64,000 nt of DNA from an uncultured Pelagibacteraceae bacterium (GCA_902552755.1 CACDHV010000003.1:921-64920), one strand, 5' to 3'. Counted from the first letter of the stretch, positions 25,247 through 38,675 are shown. The notes: generated by a model not told the origin, from the letters alone. Program-made: numbers and translations.

Positions 25247-27202
25247 ATGAAATATCCCGTCCTAATACCTAATATATTCAACTTCCCTTTTACATATGAA
25301 AGTGACTTAGATCTTAAAGTTGGAGATTATGTCTATGTTCCCTTTGGAAAATCAAAAATAACAGGAGTTGTATGGAATGAATTTGAAAAAAAAAATAACA
25401 AAAATTTTCAGATAAAAAAAATTCTAAAAAAAATAGAAATTGAACCACTTAAAAAAGAAATTATATCCTTTTTGAATTGGTTTTCTGAATACAACTTAGT
25501 GCCAAAAGGAATGTGTTTAAAACTACATTTACTTAGTGGAGAAGCAATCACTAATTATGATGATAAAAATTATCTATCCTATAATAAACAAAAGTTTGTA
25601 AATAAGTTTACCCTGTCCTCAGATCAAAGAGAAATATTTGAAGAAATGTCAAAAAAAAATAATAAATTTAGGGTCCATCTTTTACAAGGAACTACAGGTT
25701 CTGGAAAAACAATTGTTTATTTTAAGCATATAAAACAATTGTTAGAAATAGGCTATCAAGCAATGATTCTACTACCTGAAATTGGTTTAACTGCAGAATT
25801 TGAAAATAAATTTGAAGAATTTTTTGGTTTTAGTGCTGCAGTGTGGCACTCAGGAATAACACGTAAAAAAAAGAAAATAATCTGGAGTGGAGTATCATCA
25901 GGAAAAATTAATGTAATTATTGGAGCTCGTTCCTCATTATTTTTACCGTTTAAAAATCTTGGAATTATAGTTGTAGACGAAGAGCACGATCAATCATTCA
26001 AACAAGACGAAGGCGTAATTTACAATGCAAGAGACATGGCAATTGCTAGAGCTAATTTTGAAAATATCCCTATCAATCTTGTTACTGCTGTACCCTCAAT
26101 AGAAACATATGCAAATATTAAGAAAAAAAAATACTCTGTATCACGTTTAACTAAAAGATATAAAGATGCAAATTTACCTTCATATGAAATAATAGACTTA
26201 AACAAATATAAGTTAAATAAACAATCATGGATTGCTAATAAAACTTTAGAAAAGGTAAATAATCACTTAAAAAAAAATGACCAAGTATTATTTTTTATTA
26301 ATAGAAGGGGTTTTGCTCCATATGCTCTTTGTAAGAAATGTTTAAATGTTTATTCTTGTCCTAATTGTTCAATAAATTTAGTATATCACAAACATAAAAA
26401 TAAATTACTTTGTCATTATTGTGGTTTTCAATCTCAGTTAAGTAGGGATTGTAAGAAAGGTGAATTATGTGATTTTGTTTTTAGTGGCCCTGGTGTAGAG
26501 AGAATTTCTGAAGAGGTTAAACTTAAATTCCCAAATAATAAAATATCAATTTTCTCAAGTGATACCATTAATAAAAAATCTTCTAAAAAAAAATTAGAAG
26601 ATATAGTTAAAGGAAAAATTGATATACTTATAGGAACACAATTAATTTCTAAAGGTTTTCATTTTCCAAAATTAAACTGCATTGTTATTCTAGATATTGA
26701 TCTTAATTCAAATGGACATGATTTAAGAACTGCAGAAAAAAACTTACAACTCTATCATCAATTATCTGGACGCGCTGGCAGAACTGGTAAACCAGCTACA
26801 GTATATTTTCAAACATACAACTCAAACCAAAGTATTATAAATCAAATAACAAATCCTGATCCTTTTATTTTTTTAGAAAATGAATTGAAATTACGAGAAA
26901 AGAACAATTTACCACCTTATGAAAGATTTATTTCGTTAATACTAACCTCTTCAAATGAAAAAAGTTTAGAAAAAGCGTCAATGGACATAAAAAAAATGTT
27001 ATTAAAATCCTTAAACGAAAAAATATTGGGACCTGTTAATGCACCTATATATAGAGTTAGACGAAAGTATAGGCAGAGACTTTTGATAAGATCTAAAAAG
27101 GGTTCTAATATTCAAAAAAGATTGAGTGAAATCTTAATTACATACAAATTACCTAAAGAAATAAAACTAACAGTTGATGTTGACCCAATAACCTTTAATT
27201 AA
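25247..27202 (+). CDS. priA: Primosomal protein N' (replication restart helicase)
   Basis: GTTGSGKT, DEEHD.SFKQ, Cys-rich region, QLSGRAGR, VDVDP C-terminus. Confidence 0.96.
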   Translation: MKYPVLIPNIFNFPFTYESDLDLKVGDYVYVPFGKSKITGVVWNEFEKKNNKNFQIKKILKKIEIEPLKKEIISFLNWFSEYNLVPKGMCLKLHLLSGEAITNYDDKNYLSYNKQKFVNKFTLSSDQREIFEEMSKKNNKFRVHLLQGTTGSGKTIVYFKHIKQLLEIGYQAMILLPEIGLTAEFENKFEEFFGFSAAVWHSGITRKKKKIIWSGVSSGKINVIIGARSSLFLPFKNLGIIVVDEEHDQSFKQDEGVIYNARDMAIARANFENIPINLVTAVPSIETYANIKKKKYSVSRLTKRYKDANLPSYEIIDLNKYKLNKQSWIANKTLEKVNNHLKKNDQVLFFINRRGFAPYALCKKCLNVYSCPNCSINLVYHKHKNKLLCHYCGFQSQLSRDCKKGELCDFVFSGPGVERISEEVKLKFPNNKISIFSSDTINKKSSKKKLEDIVKGKIDILIGTQLISKGFHFPKLNCIVILDIDLNSNGHDLRTAEKNLQLYHQLSGRAGRTGKPATVYFQTYNSNQSIINQITNPDPFIFLENELKLREKNNLPPYERFISLILTSSNEKSLEKASMDIKKMLLKSLNEKILGPVNAPIYRVRRKYRQRLLIRSKKGSNIQKRLSEILITYKLPKEIKLTVDVDPITFN

Positions 27203-27237
27203 TGGGCAAATTTTGCACTATTTAGTCAATCTGTTAC

Positions 27238-27266
27238 TTGAAGACACTAAACTCATATGCTACTTA
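27238..27266 (+). promoter_or_regulatory. Putative sigma70 promoter of atpHAGDC
   Basis: TTGAAG-N17-TACTTA with an extended TGn. Confidence 0.45.
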
Positions 27267-27300
27267 ATCCAAAAAAATCTTCTAAAATAAAGAGTTAAAA

Positions 27301-27858
27301 TTGAGCAAAAATAACAGTTTTTCAGCAACTACAGCAAGCAGGTATTCTTTGGCACTATATGAACTGGCTAATGAAAATAATTCAATAGATGAGGTTGAAA
27401 AACAATCAATATCTTTTTTAAGATTAATAGATGAAAGCAAAGATTTTAGCTCATTAATAAAAGATCCAACTAACTCTGTAAATGAACTAAAGGATGTAAT
27501 CAACAAAATTGCTGAAAATTATAAATTAAACTCTTTAATGTCAAAATTTTTAGGTTTTCTAATATCTAAAAGAAGATTTTTTTATGTAAGAACAATTCTT
27601 CAGGATTTTGTAGATACTTGTTCGAAAAAAAGAGGAGAAGTAAAAGCTGAACTAATTTCCTCTAAAGAATTATCAGGAGAACAAGTAACTAAAATAAAAG
27701 ACGAACTATCGCAAAATTTTAAAGCAAAAATAAAATTAGACTACAAATATGACACAAGTTTAATTGGAGGTTTAGTAATACAAGTTGGTAGTATTATGGT
27801 AGACACCTCTATTAAAAATAAATTACAACAAATCGAAAATACAATGATAGAGGCTTAA
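27301..27858 (+). CDS. atpH: ATP synthase F1 delta subunit
   Basis: TTG start; ASRYSLALYELA, LIGGLVIQVGS..VDTS. Confidence 0.95.
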   Translation: MSKNNSFSATTASRYSLALYELANENNSIDEVEKQSISFLRLIDESKDFSSLIKDPTNSVNELKDVINKIAENYKLNSLMSKFLGFLISKRRFFYVRTILQDFVDTCSKKRGEVKAELISSKELSGEQVTKIKDELSQNFKAKIKLDYKYDTSLIGGLVIQVGSIMVDTSIKNKLQQIENTMIEA

Positions 27859-29394
27859 ATGGAAATAAATCCTTCAGAAGTAACAAAAATATTAAAAGAA
27901 CAAATTAAAAAGTTTGGAGATAAAGCTGAGGTTACAGAGGTTGGTCAAGTTTTATCAGTAGGTGATGGTATAGCAAGAATTTATGGATTAGATAATGTTC
28001 AAGCTGGAGAAATGGTAGAATTTTCTGACGGTTCGAAAGGAATGGCATTAAACTTAGAAAGTGAAAATGTAGGTGTAGTAATTTTTGGTGATGATAAAGC
28101 GGTTAAAGAGGGTGATACTGTAAAAAGAACTGGTGCAATTGTTGATACACCAGTTGGGAAAGAATTGCTTGGCAGAGTAGTTGATGGTTTAGGAAACCCA
28201 ATTGATGGAAAAGGTGCGTTAGATAAAAGTTTAAAAAGAAGTAGGGTTGAGGTTAAAGCTCCTGGCATAATTCCACGTAAATCTGTAAGTGAACCAATGC
28301 AGACTGGTCTTAAATCAATTGATAGTCTAGTTCCAATTGGAAGAGGACAAAGAGAATTAATTATTGGTGACAGACAAACTGGTAAAACAGCAGTTGCAAT
28401 TGATGCTATAATAAACCAAAAAAAAATTAACGAGTCAGGTGATGAGAAGAAAAAATTATATTGTATTTATGTAGCTGTAGGACAAAAGAGATCTACAGTT
28501 AGACAGATTGAAAAAACACTAGAAGAAGCTGGTGCGATGGAATATACAACAATAGTTGCAGCAACGGCATCAGATGCAGCACCTTTGCAATTTTTAGCCC
28601 CTTATACTGGATGTACTATGGGCGAGTATTTTAGAGATAATGGGATGCATGCTTTGATTATATATGATGATTTATCAAAACAAGCTGTTGCATATAGACA
28701 AATGTCACTTCTATTAAGAAGACCTCCTGGAAGAGAAGCATATCCTGGAGATGTGTTTTATTTACATAGTAGATTACTTGAAAGAGCTGCAAAATTAAGT
28801 GATGAGCATGGTGGAGGATCATTAACCGCACTTCCAATAATTGAAACCCAGGGTGGTGATGTTTCTGCATTTATACCAACAAATGTTATTTCAATCACTG
28901 ATGGTCAAATATTTCTTGAAACTGAACTTTTTAACCAAGGAATAAGACCTGCCATAAATGTTGGATTATCCGTATCAAGAGTTGGATCATCTGCTCAAAC
29001 TAAAGCTATGAAGAAAGTTTCAGGGTCCATGAAATTGGAGCTCGCGCAATATCGAGAAATGGCTGCGTTTGCACAATTTGGTTCAGACCTCGATGCGTCT
29101 ACTCAAAAATTACTTAACAGAGGATCAAAGTTAACTGAACTTTTAAAGCAAAATCAATATTCTCCCATGACAGTTGCAGAACAAGTCATTTCTGTATTTT
29201 GTGGAGTTAGAGGACATCTTGATGATATTGAACAAAAGGATATTTCAAGTTTTGAGAGTAAAATTATTGAAAAATGTAAATCTGAAAAGCCAGATATTAT
29301 TGAGTCAATAACATTATCAGGAAAACTTGAAGATGATAAAGAAAAAGAATTGAATGAAATTATTTTACAACTTAAGAAAGATTTCAACTCATAA
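27859..29394 (+). CDS. atpA: ATP synthase F1 alpha subunit
   Basis: [31 protein letters not shown]. Confidence 0.99.
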   Translation: MEINPSEVTKILKEQIKKFGDKAEVTEVGQVLSVGDGIARIYGLDNVQAGEMVEFSDGSKGMALNLESENVGVVIFGDDKAVKEGDTVKRTGAIVDTPVGKELLGRVVDGLGNPIDGKGALDKSLKRSRVEVKAPGIIPRKSVSEPMQTGLKSIDSLVPIGRGQRELIIGDRQTGKTAVAIDAIINQKKINESGDEKKKLYCIYVAVGQKRSTVRQIEKTLEEAGAMEYTTIVAATASDAAPLQFLAPYTGCTMGEYFRDNGMHALIIYDDLSKQAVAYRQMSLLLRRPPGREAYPGDVFYLHSRLLERAAKLSDEHGGGSLTALPIIETQGGDVSAFIPTNVISITDGQIFLETELFNQGIRPAINVGLSVSRVGSSAQTKAMKKVSGSMKLELAQYREMAAFAQFGSDLDASTQKLLNRGSKLTELLKQNQYSPMTVAEQVISVFCGVRGHLDDIEQKDISSFESKIIEKCKSEKPDIIESITLSGKLEDDKEKELNEIILQLKKDFNS

Positions 29395-29400
29395 AAAATA

Positions 29401-31696
<2,296 letters not shown>

Positions 31697-31697
<1 letters not shown>

Positions 31698-32089
31698 TGA
31701 GTGAAGAATATTCTGTAGAAATAGTAAATCCTGAAAAATCATTTTTGTCAAAAAATGATGTCACTGAAGTAGTCGTTCCTGCATTTGAGGGTGAGATAGG
31801 CATTTTAAAAGACCATATTTCTATAATTTCTTTTTTAAAACCAGGAATAATTAAAATATTTTCAAAGTCTGGCCAGGAAAGTTTTTATGTAAATGATGGA
31901 ATAATTGAATTTAAAGATAATAATCTTTCTATACTTACAAGTCTTATTTTAAATTTAAAAGACATTGATAAACAAAAAATTTCAGAAATCCAAAAATCTG
32001 CTGAAGAAGAATTGAATAAGTCTGATATTAATGATCAGGAAAAATATTTGCTAGATCAAAAGCTTGAGGTATTAAAATCAATTAACTAA
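31697..32089 (+). CDS. atpC: ATP synthase F1 epsilon subunit
   Basis: VEIVNPE, GEIGILKDH, LKPG; follows atpD. Confidence 0.93.
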
Positions 32090-32557
32090 AATTTTTTTAA
32101 CTTCTTCTTGAATCTTCTCATAAACGTGTAGTTTAAATTTTACCACAAGTTCAGTAATTTTATCTGGATCCACCCATTTCCATTCAAGAAATTCTGGATA
32201 TTTTGTTTTAATATTAATTTCTTTTTCATCACCATTAAATCTCATTACATACCATTGTTGTTTTTGACCTTTAAATTTACCTTTCCAAATAATTCCTAAT
32301 AATTCATTTGGTAAATGGTAAGTAAGTAAGCCATCAATTTTTTTTATTAAACTTACTGATTTAATACTAGTTTCTTCTTTTAATTCTCTTATTGCAGCTT
32401 CATAAAAGTCTTCACCCTTGTCAACCCCACCTTGTGGCATTTGCCAAAAGTTTTTTTTATTATCTATTCTTTTTGCAACAAAAATTTTATTTTCTTTATT
32501 TAAAACAACTATTCCAACACCACATCTAAGTGGTAAATTTTTATATTTCTCTTTCAT
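32078..32557 (-). CDS. rppH: RNA pyrophosphohydrolase (Nudix)
   Basis: WQMPQGGVDKGE....AIRELKEETS Nudix box, GQKQQW, EF.EWKW, FK..VY. Confidence 0.93.
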   Translation of the reverse strand: MKEKYKNLPLRCGVGIVVLNKENKIFVAKRIDNKKNFWQMPQGGVDKGEDFYEAAIRELKEETSIKSVSLIKKIDGLLTYHLPNELLGIIWKGKFKGQKQQWYVMRFNGDEKEINIKTKYPEFLEWKWVDPDKITELVVKFKLHVYEKIQEEVKKILVN

Positions 32558-32558
32558 T

Positions 32559-33704
32559 TTAGCCGTTTAAAAGCTCTAGAGCAAATTGAAGTTGATTGTC
32601 TGTATCAGTGTTAAATCTGAAGTCATCAGATCCTTCAGCTATTTCAATATCGGGAGAGACACCTATTTCTGAAATAGATTTCCCTGATGGGAGATAATAT
32701 TTAGATACAGTCAATCTTATTGCACCTTTATTTTTAAGAGGAATGATTGATTGCACAGAACCTTTGCCATAGCTATTTTCTCCAATTATTATTGCTCTTT
32801 TGTGATCCTTAAGTGCGCCTGCTACAATTTCAGATGCAGATGCTGAACCATAATTTATTAGGACAACAATTGTATTTCCATCTAATATATCACCCTTTTT
32901 AGCAAAGAATTTTCTACTTTCATATTTTCTTTTACTTTTTGTTGAAACAATTTCTCCACTATCTATAAAAAAATCTGTAATTTTAATTGCCTGAGAAAGT
33001 AGTCCACCAGGATTATTTCTTAAATCTAAAATATAATTTTTAACATTTTCATTTTTTTTAAACTCTCTAATTTTATCTTTAATTTGATCACTACTGTTTT
33101 CATTAAAAGAGGTAAGTCTTAAATAACCAGTTTGGTTATCTAATATCTCAGATTTTACTGATGAAACTCTAATTTTTTCTCTAGTAATATTAAAAACTAA
33201 TGCCTTTCGTTCACCCCTTCTTCTAACTGTTATTTCAATATCTGATCCAACAGGACCCCTCATTATGTCAACTGCTTCACTTAAAGATTTGCCTTGAACC
33301 TGAATATCATTAATTCTTACAATGTAATCACCAGCTTTTACTCCTGCTTCAGCCGCAGGAGAATCGTCCATAGGTGTTATTACCTTTATTACTCCAGCTT
33401 CCATGCTAACTTCAATTCCCAGTCCTCCGAATTCTCCACTCGTTTCTGTTTGCATGCTTTGATAAGAAGCCGGTGACATATAAGCAGAATAAGGATCTAA
33501 GGATTGAAGAACACCATTGATTGCAGCATCCATAGCATCACTTTGGTTTACCTCATCAACAAATTCTTTATTAATTTTATCTAAGACTTCTGAAAAAACG
33601 TCTATTTTTTTATAAATATCATTTTCTTCTGATGAACTAACATTACTAATTACAAAAAAAAAAATAAATAATGATAAAAAATATGTTTTAAGTTTTTTCA
33701 TCAT
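32559..33704 (-). CDS. ctpA: S41 carboxyl-terminal processing protease
   Basis: Signal peptide, LDPYS, GEFGGLG PDZ domain, DLRNNPGGLL, SASASEIVAGAL, GKGSVQ. Confidence 0.93.
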   Translation of the reverse strand: MMKKLKTYFLSLFIFFFVISNVSSSEENDIYKKIDVFSEVLDKINKEFVDEVNQSDAMDAAINGVLQSLDPYSAYMSPASYQSMQTETSGEFGGLGIEVSMEAGVIKVITPMDDSPAAEAGVKAGDYIVRINDIQVQGKSLSEAVDIMRGPVGSDIEITVRRRGERKALVFNITREKIRVSSVKSEILDNQTGYLRLTSFNENSSDQIKDKIREFKKNENVKNYILDLRNNPGGLLSQAIKITDFFIDSGEIVSTKSKRKYESRKFFAKKGDILDGNTIVVLINYGSASASEIVAGALKDHKRAIIIGENSYGKGSVQSIIPLKNKGAIRLTVSKYYLPSGKSISEIGVSPDIEIAEGSDDFRFNTDTDNQLQFALELLNG

Positions 33705-34051
33705 ATAATTACTTTTTCTTTTGGAATTAATTCAGACCAAATTTTTTCTAATTCATAAAATTTTCTTTTTTCAGGATTGAAAATATGAATAATAAGATCT
33801 ATTCCATCTACAAGTTTCCAGTCGCTACTTTCTCTTCCTTCAATTTTACAATTGTTTACACCATTTTTTTTTAAATATTCATATACTTGTTCTGATAAAG
33901 CTTGTATGTGTCTTGAAGATGTTCCACTAGCGATTATCATTTGATCTGCTATTGATGATTTTCCATCTAAATCTATTGTAACAATATCTAATGCTTTATT
34001 GGAGTCTAAAAGATTTATTACATCTTTGTGAAGAGAAGAGATTTTGTACAT
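33701..34051 (-). CDS. rsfS: Ribosome silencing factor
   Basis: KALDI..ID, IASGTSSRH, W.LVD, R.FYELEKIW. Confidence 0.94.
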   Translation of the reverse strand: MYKISSLHKDVINLLDSNKALDIVTIDLDGKSSIADQMIIASGTSSRHIQALSEQVYEYLKKNGVNNCKIEGRESSDWKLVDGIDLIIHIFNPEKRKFYELEKIWSELIPKEKVII

Positions 34052-34068
34052 TAATTAAATTAAGATTA

Positions 34069-34605
34069 TCAAATTTTTCTTAATTTAGAAGATGAAATAT
34101 TGACCTTATTAAATTTTACAAATTTAAGGCTTTTTTTACTATATTTTTTAAAGCTTCTAGAACTCAGTGATTTCGCCCTATATCTGTCTCTATCAAATAC
34201 CAGAATGTTACAAATAGATGAAATTAAATCAGAATTCTTCCATTTATGAAAATTAATTAAACTATCTGCTCCCATAATGAAATAAATATCAGTATTTTTA
34301 TTATTTTTTTTTATATACTTTATCAGGTCAACTGTTCTATTTGATTTAATTTTATCTTCAAAATATTTTACTTTTATAAACGGATTTTTTTGAGAAATTT
34401 TTTTTGCAAAATTAATTCTTTTATCTAAACTTAAACTACTTTTGTCTTTAAATGGATTTTTTTTGGTCACTGCCCAAATAATCTTATCAATATCGTATCT
34501 TTTTTTTGCTTCTTTAGAGATACTTAAATGTCCTTTATGTGCTGGATCAAAGGTGCCTCCAAGAATACCGATTTTTTTTTTATTTCCTTGTTTGTCCAGA
34601 TCCAT
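34069..34605 (-). CDS. nadD: Nicotinate-nucleotide adenylyltransferase
   Basis: GGTFDPAHKGH, FIMGADSL..FHKW, ISSSKLR. Start at the ATG at 34605 (alternative 34614). Confidence 0.94.
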   Translation of the reverse strand: MDLDKQGNKKKIGILGGTFDPAHKGHLSISKEAKKRYDIDKIIWAVTKKNPFKDKSSLSLDKRINFAKKISQKNPFIKVKYFEDKIKSNRTVDLIKYIKKNNKNTDIYFIMGADSLINFHKWKNSDLISSICNILVFDRDRYRAKSLSSRSFKKYSKKSLKFVKFNKVNISSSKLRKI

Positions 34606-35827
34606 ATATCTCATATTTGTAACTAACCAGCTGGTTTAGTCCAACAGGACCTCTTGGTGGAAGTTTATTTGTTGAAATTCCAACCTCCCCTCCAAAACCA
34701 AATTCACCTCCATCAGCATATTGTGTTGAAGAATTGTGAATAGCGATGGAACTTTTTATGTTTTTTATGAAAAATTTAGCAGAAATTTTATTATTTGTAA
34801 TTATAGCATCTGTATGCATTGTTCCATACCTATTAATATGATTTACTGCGTCATTAATATTATTTACTAATTTCACAGATATTTTTGCGGATAAATGTTC
34901 CTTCGACCAAGTTTTATTATTTGCTAATTTTGAATTTCCATTAAATAATTTAGAAATTTTTCTATCAGCATAAATAAAACAACCTCTTTTAGAGAGTTCA
35001 TTTAATATTTCATCTACATTTTTAGATTTATTTTTATGTATTAAAAGTGTTTCAGTAGCTCCACAAATGCTAGTATTACGCAACTTAGCATTGATTAGTA
35101 TTTTTTTTGCCATTGAAAGGTTTGCATCTTTATCAATATAAGTATGACACATACCCTCAAGGTGACCAATTACAGGAACAGAGGACAAATCCTGAACTTT
35201 TTTTACAAGATTTTTTCCACCTCTTGGAATTATAACATCTATATATTTTGACATTTTTGACAGCATGTAGTCGACCAGTTTTCTATTTTTATTCTCTATA
35301 AATTGAACAAAATTCTTATTTATTTTGTTTTTTTCCAGAGATTTTCTAAAAAGATAAGCCAAAATTTTATTACTAAAGTAAGCTTCAGATCCCCCTCTTA
35401 ATATTACACAGTTTCCAGATTTAAAACAAAGTGTGGACACATCTGAAGTAACATTAGGTCTACTTTCATAAATTACACCAATAATACCGATTGGAATTGA
35501 TACTTTCTTTAGTTTTAAGCCGTTTGGTCTTTTCCAGGTTTCTATATTAACATCCACCGGATCCTTAAATTTTGCAATAGTTTTAATTGATTTAATAATT
35601 GAGCTTATTTTATCATTATTAAGAGTAAGTCTATTAATCAAATTCTCTTTAAGTTTTTTAGATTTGGCAATTTTTATATCTTTTGCGTTTTCGGCCAAAA
35701 TTTTATTTTGGTTTTTTAAAATAAGTTTAATGTAATAATTTAATACTTTGTTTTTTCTTTTATTACTTATTTTGTTTTGAAAAGCAATTTTTGCATTTGA
35801 ACCAATTTTTTCTAAAGCTTTACTCAT
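34580..35827 (-). CDS. proA: Glutamate-5-semialdehyde dehydrogenase
   Basis: IYESRPNVT, PRGG, ICGATETLL, ADGGEFGFGGEVGIST..L..RGPVGL. Confidence 0.96.
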   Translation of the reverse strand: MSKALEKIGSNAKIAFQNKISNKRKNKVLNYYIKLILKNQNKILAENAKDIKIAKSKKLKENLINRLTLNNDKISSIIKSIKTIAKFKDPVDVNIETWKRPNGLKLKKVSIPIGIIGVIYESRPNVTSDVSTLCFKSGNCVILRGGSEAYFSNKILAYLFRKSLEKNKINKNFVQFIENKNRKLVDYMLSKMSKYIDVIIPRGGKNLVKKVQDLSSVPVIGHLEGMCHTYIDKDANLSMAKKILINAKLRNTSICGATETLLIHKNKSKNVDEILNELSKRGCFIYADRKISKLFNGNSKLANNKTWSKEHLSAKISVKLVNNINDAVNHINRYGTMHTDAIITNNKISAKFFIKNIKSSIAIHNSSTQYADGGEFGFGGEVGISTNKLPPRGPVGLNQLVSYKYEIYGSGQTRK

Positions 35828-36933
35828 TTGATTAATACCATATCATCTTTATGAATAACTTCTGACTTTGAAACATAACCTAAAATATCATTTATTTTAT
35901 TAGAGTGCTTACCTTTAATTTTCAAAATTTCTTCTGAAGAGAAACTACTTAATCCTCTAGCAAATTCGGTCATATTATTATTTAGGATTTTGATATGATC
36001 GCCTTTGCTAAAACTACCTTGAACATCCTTTATCCCTGCAGCTAGTAAACTTTTCCCATTATTCAAAGCTGATAATGCACCTTCATCAATAACTATTTTT
36101 CCCTTTGGAGAAACTGAGCTTATGATCCACTTTTTTCTAGCATCTAATTTTGAAATTTTAGGCAAAAACCAAGTACATATATTTTTAGTTAAAATTTTTT
36201 GAACTGGTCTATTTATTAAGCCATTAGCAATCGCCATATGACACCCTGAGAATTGACAAATTTTAGCAGCATAAATCTTTGTTTTCATTCCACCAGATCC
36301 AAATTCTCCAGTTTTATTTGTTGCTAACTTTTCTATATTTTGATCAATATTTTTAATTTCACGAATTAATTTAGCTTTTTTATCTAATTTTGGATCTTTA
36401 GAGTAAAGACCATTTACGTCAGATAATAAAATTAAACAATCTGCACTTGATATTTGTGCAACTCTTGAAGCCAGTCTATCATTATCTCCATACTTAATTT
36501 CAGAAGTAGCTATACTATCATTTTCATTTACTACTGGAATAAAACCAAGACTAAATAAATTGTCAAAAGTCCTTTTTGCATTAATAGCTCTTCTTCTTTT
36601 TTCCGTATCTTCAAGAGTTAACAAAATTTGAGAAAGATTGATTTTCGATTTATTAAAAGTTTTTTTAAAAAGATTCATTAATTCAATTTGGCCAATTGAA
36701 GCTACTGCTTGACTTTTATCAAGTTTCAATTTTTTTTTACTTAATTTTAATTTTTTACATCCTAAAGCAATTGCTCCCGAACTAACCAAAATAATATTTT
36801 TTTTTAATTTTTGCAGATGTTGAATATCTTTCGCAAATTCTGACAGCCATTTTTCTCTGACAATTTTTTGATCGTTAATCAGTAAAGATGATCCAATTTT
36901 GATAACAACCGTCTTAGAATCTTTAAGATACAT
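35824..36933 (-). CDS. proB: Glutamate 5-kinase with PUA domain
   Basis: KIGSS, VSSGAI, NEND, GDND, GSGGMKTK, IHKDD. Confidence 0.96.
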   Translation of the reverse strand: MYLKDSKTVVIKIGSSLLINDQKIVREKWLSEFAKDIQHLQKLKKNIILVSSGAIALGCKKLKLSKKKLKLDKSQAVASIGQIELMNLFKKTFNKSKINLSQILLTLEDTEKRRRAINAKRTFDNLFSLGFIPVVNENDSIATSEIKYGDNDRLASRVAQISSADCLILLSDVNGLYSKDPKLDKKAKLIREIKNIDQNIEKLATNKTGEFGSGGMKTKIYAAKICQFSGCHMAIANGLINRPVQKILTKNICTWFLPKISKLDARKKWIISSVSPKGKIVIDEGALSALNNGKSLLAAGIKDVQGSFSKGDHIKILNNNMTEFARGLSSFSSEEILKIKGKHSNKINDILGYVSKSEVIHKDDMVLIK

Positions 36934-37906
36934 AATTAAGCAATTTTGATTTAATATCAGATACAGATTTTTTATCGAGTGTTGATGTTGTTAAAGTAGA
37001 TTTCTTGATAATTTTTTCAAAATCTTTAATTTTTTCTTTTATTTCAGCCTTATCAATTAGGTCCATTTTGTTAAATACTATTATTTCATGCTTTTTTAAA
37101 AGCTCAGAACTATATTTGCCCATTTCATCTCTCACTTGAAGATATGAGTTCACTAAATCATTTTCTGATATATCAATTAGATGCAAAAGCGCTTTACATC
37201 TCTCAATATGCTTTAAAAATTTAATCCCTAATCCTGTTCCTTGATGAGCTCCTTCAATTAATCCCGGAATATCTGCTAAAGTTATTTCCTTATCGTCATA
37301 CATTGCAACTCCAAGATTTGGATTTAAAGTTGTAAATTTATAATTTGCTATTTTAGGGGTTGCACCAGTTAATGATGCTAATAGGCTCGATTTACCTGCA
37401 TTTGGTAATCCAATAATTCCTATATCTGCAATTGTTTTAAGTTGAAGCCATATCCAAAATTCTTCACCAATTGTTCCTTTAGTAAATTTTTTTGGAGCTC
37501 TATTTGTTGAAGACTTAAATCTTGTATTTCCAAATCCTCCTTTGCCACCAATTGCTGCAACAAATTCCTCATTCTCTTTTTTAAAATCATAAATTAAAGT
37601 TTTATTATCTTCTTCAAATACTTGAGTCCCAATTGGTACTTTTAAATATAAATCTTCTCCACCTCTTCCAGTCATGTTTTTTCCACTTCCATCTCTACCT
37701 TTTTCAGCTTTAAAATGTTGTTGATATCTAAAATCAATTAGCGTGTTTAAATTTCTTTCTGATATTAGAATTACTGAACCACCTTTTCCTCCATCACCTC
37801 CATCAGGTCCTCCAAACTCAATAAATTTTTCTCTTCTAAAGCTAGGTGATCCAGACCCACCGTCTCCAGCCTTTAAATATATCTTTACTTGATCAAGAAA
37901 TTTCAT
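36923..37906 (-). CDS. obgE: GTPase ObgE/CgtA
   Basis: FRREK..GGPDGGDGG, GLPNAGKS, DIPGLIEGA, NKMD. Confidence 0.98.
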   Translation of the reverse strand: MKFLDQVKIYLKAGDGGSGSPSFRREKFIEFGGPDGGDGGKGGSVILISERNLNTLIDFRYQQHFKAEKGRDGSGKNMTGRGGEDLYLKVPIGTQVFEEDNKTLIYDFKKENEEFVAAIGGKGGFGNTRFKSSTNRAPKKFTKGTIGEEFWIWLQLKTIADIGIIGLPNAGKSSLLASLTGATPKIANYKFTTLNPNLGVAMYDDKEITLADIPGLIEGAHQGTGLGIKFLKHIERCKALLHLIDISENDLVNSYLQVRDEMGKYSSELLKKHEIIVFNKMDLIDKAEIKEKIKDFEKIIKKSTLTTSTLDKKSVSDIKSKLLNYVS

Positions 37907-37934
37907 GATTTTACAGATGTTAATTATCTGTTTA

Positions 37935-38189
37935 TTAGTTAGGCTTTACTGAAACGTAAGTTCTGTCTGACTTGCTTTTTTTAAAAATTACTATTCCTTT
38001 AACAACAGAAAAAATTGAATGGTCTTTACCCATTCCAACATTTTCTCCAGGAAATATTTTAGTACCTCTTTGTCTAACAATTATATTTCCAGGTACTACC
38101 AATTGACCACCATATTTTTTTACTCCCAGTCTACGACCAGCACTATCTCTTCCGTTCCTTGATGATCCACCTGCTTTTTTTGTTGCCAT
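37935..38189 (-). CDS. rpmA: 50S ribosomal protein L27
   Basis: [31 protein letters not shown]. Confidence 0.98.
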   Translation of the reverse strand: MATKKAGGSSRNGRDSAGRRLGVKKYGGQLVVPGNIIVRQRGTKIFPGENVGMGKDHSIFSVVKGIVIFKKSKSDRTYVSVKPN

Positions 38190-38200
38190 AATTTACCTAT

Positions 38201-38611
38201 TTATTTTGAAGCCTCAATTTTTTCTTCTTTAGCCTCTTTAACTGCAGTTTCTTTTTTTTTCATTTTTTCGGCCTCTGATAGCACTTTACCATCTTTTGAA
38301 AAAATTTTACTAATTCTTATTAACGAGAATTGCTGTCTATGTCCATTTTTTCGTCTTGAATTTTTTCTTCTTCTTTTTTTAAAAATTAAAACTGTTCTTT
38401 CTTTGGCATTTTTTAACAATTCTGCTTCAACTTTAGCTCCACTTACCGTTGGTTCCCCCAACTCAATACTTTTATCATCTCCATAAGCTAAAATTTCTTT
38501 GAATTCTACTTTAGTATCAGAATTAGAATCAGGTAACTTTTCAACTTTAATAATCTCTCCAGCTGATACTTTATACTGCTTTCCACCTGTTTGTATTACT
38601 GCGTATGACAT
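38201..38611 (-). CDS. rplU: 50S ribosomal protein L21 with a short Lys/Glu tail
   Basis: YAVIQTGGKQYKV, FKKRRRKNSRRKNGHRQ. Confidence 0.98.
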   Translation of the reverse strand: MSYAVIQTGGKQYKVSAGEIIKVEKLPDSNSDTKVEFKEILAYGDDKSIELGEPTVSGAKVEAELLKNAKERTVLIFKKRRRKNSRRKNGHRQQFSLIRISKIFSKDGKVLSEAEKMKKKETAVKEAKEEKIEASK

Positions 38612-38637
38612 AATGATACTAATTTTTAATTATCAGC

Positions 38638-38665
38638 AATATAGTCAGGGCCTTATTTTAGTCAA
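38638..38665 (-). promoter_or_regulatory. Putative sigma70 promoter of rplU-rpmA-obgE
   Basis: TTGACT-N16-TATATT on the minus strand. Confidence 0.5.
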
Positions 38666-38675
38666 GCTGAATAAG

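Noticed and set aside
37913-37931. Small inverted repeat ACAGAT-N7-ATCTGT between rpmA and obgE
   Set aside because: Only 6 bp, AT-rich and without a U tract in the transcribed direction; too weak to call a terminator.
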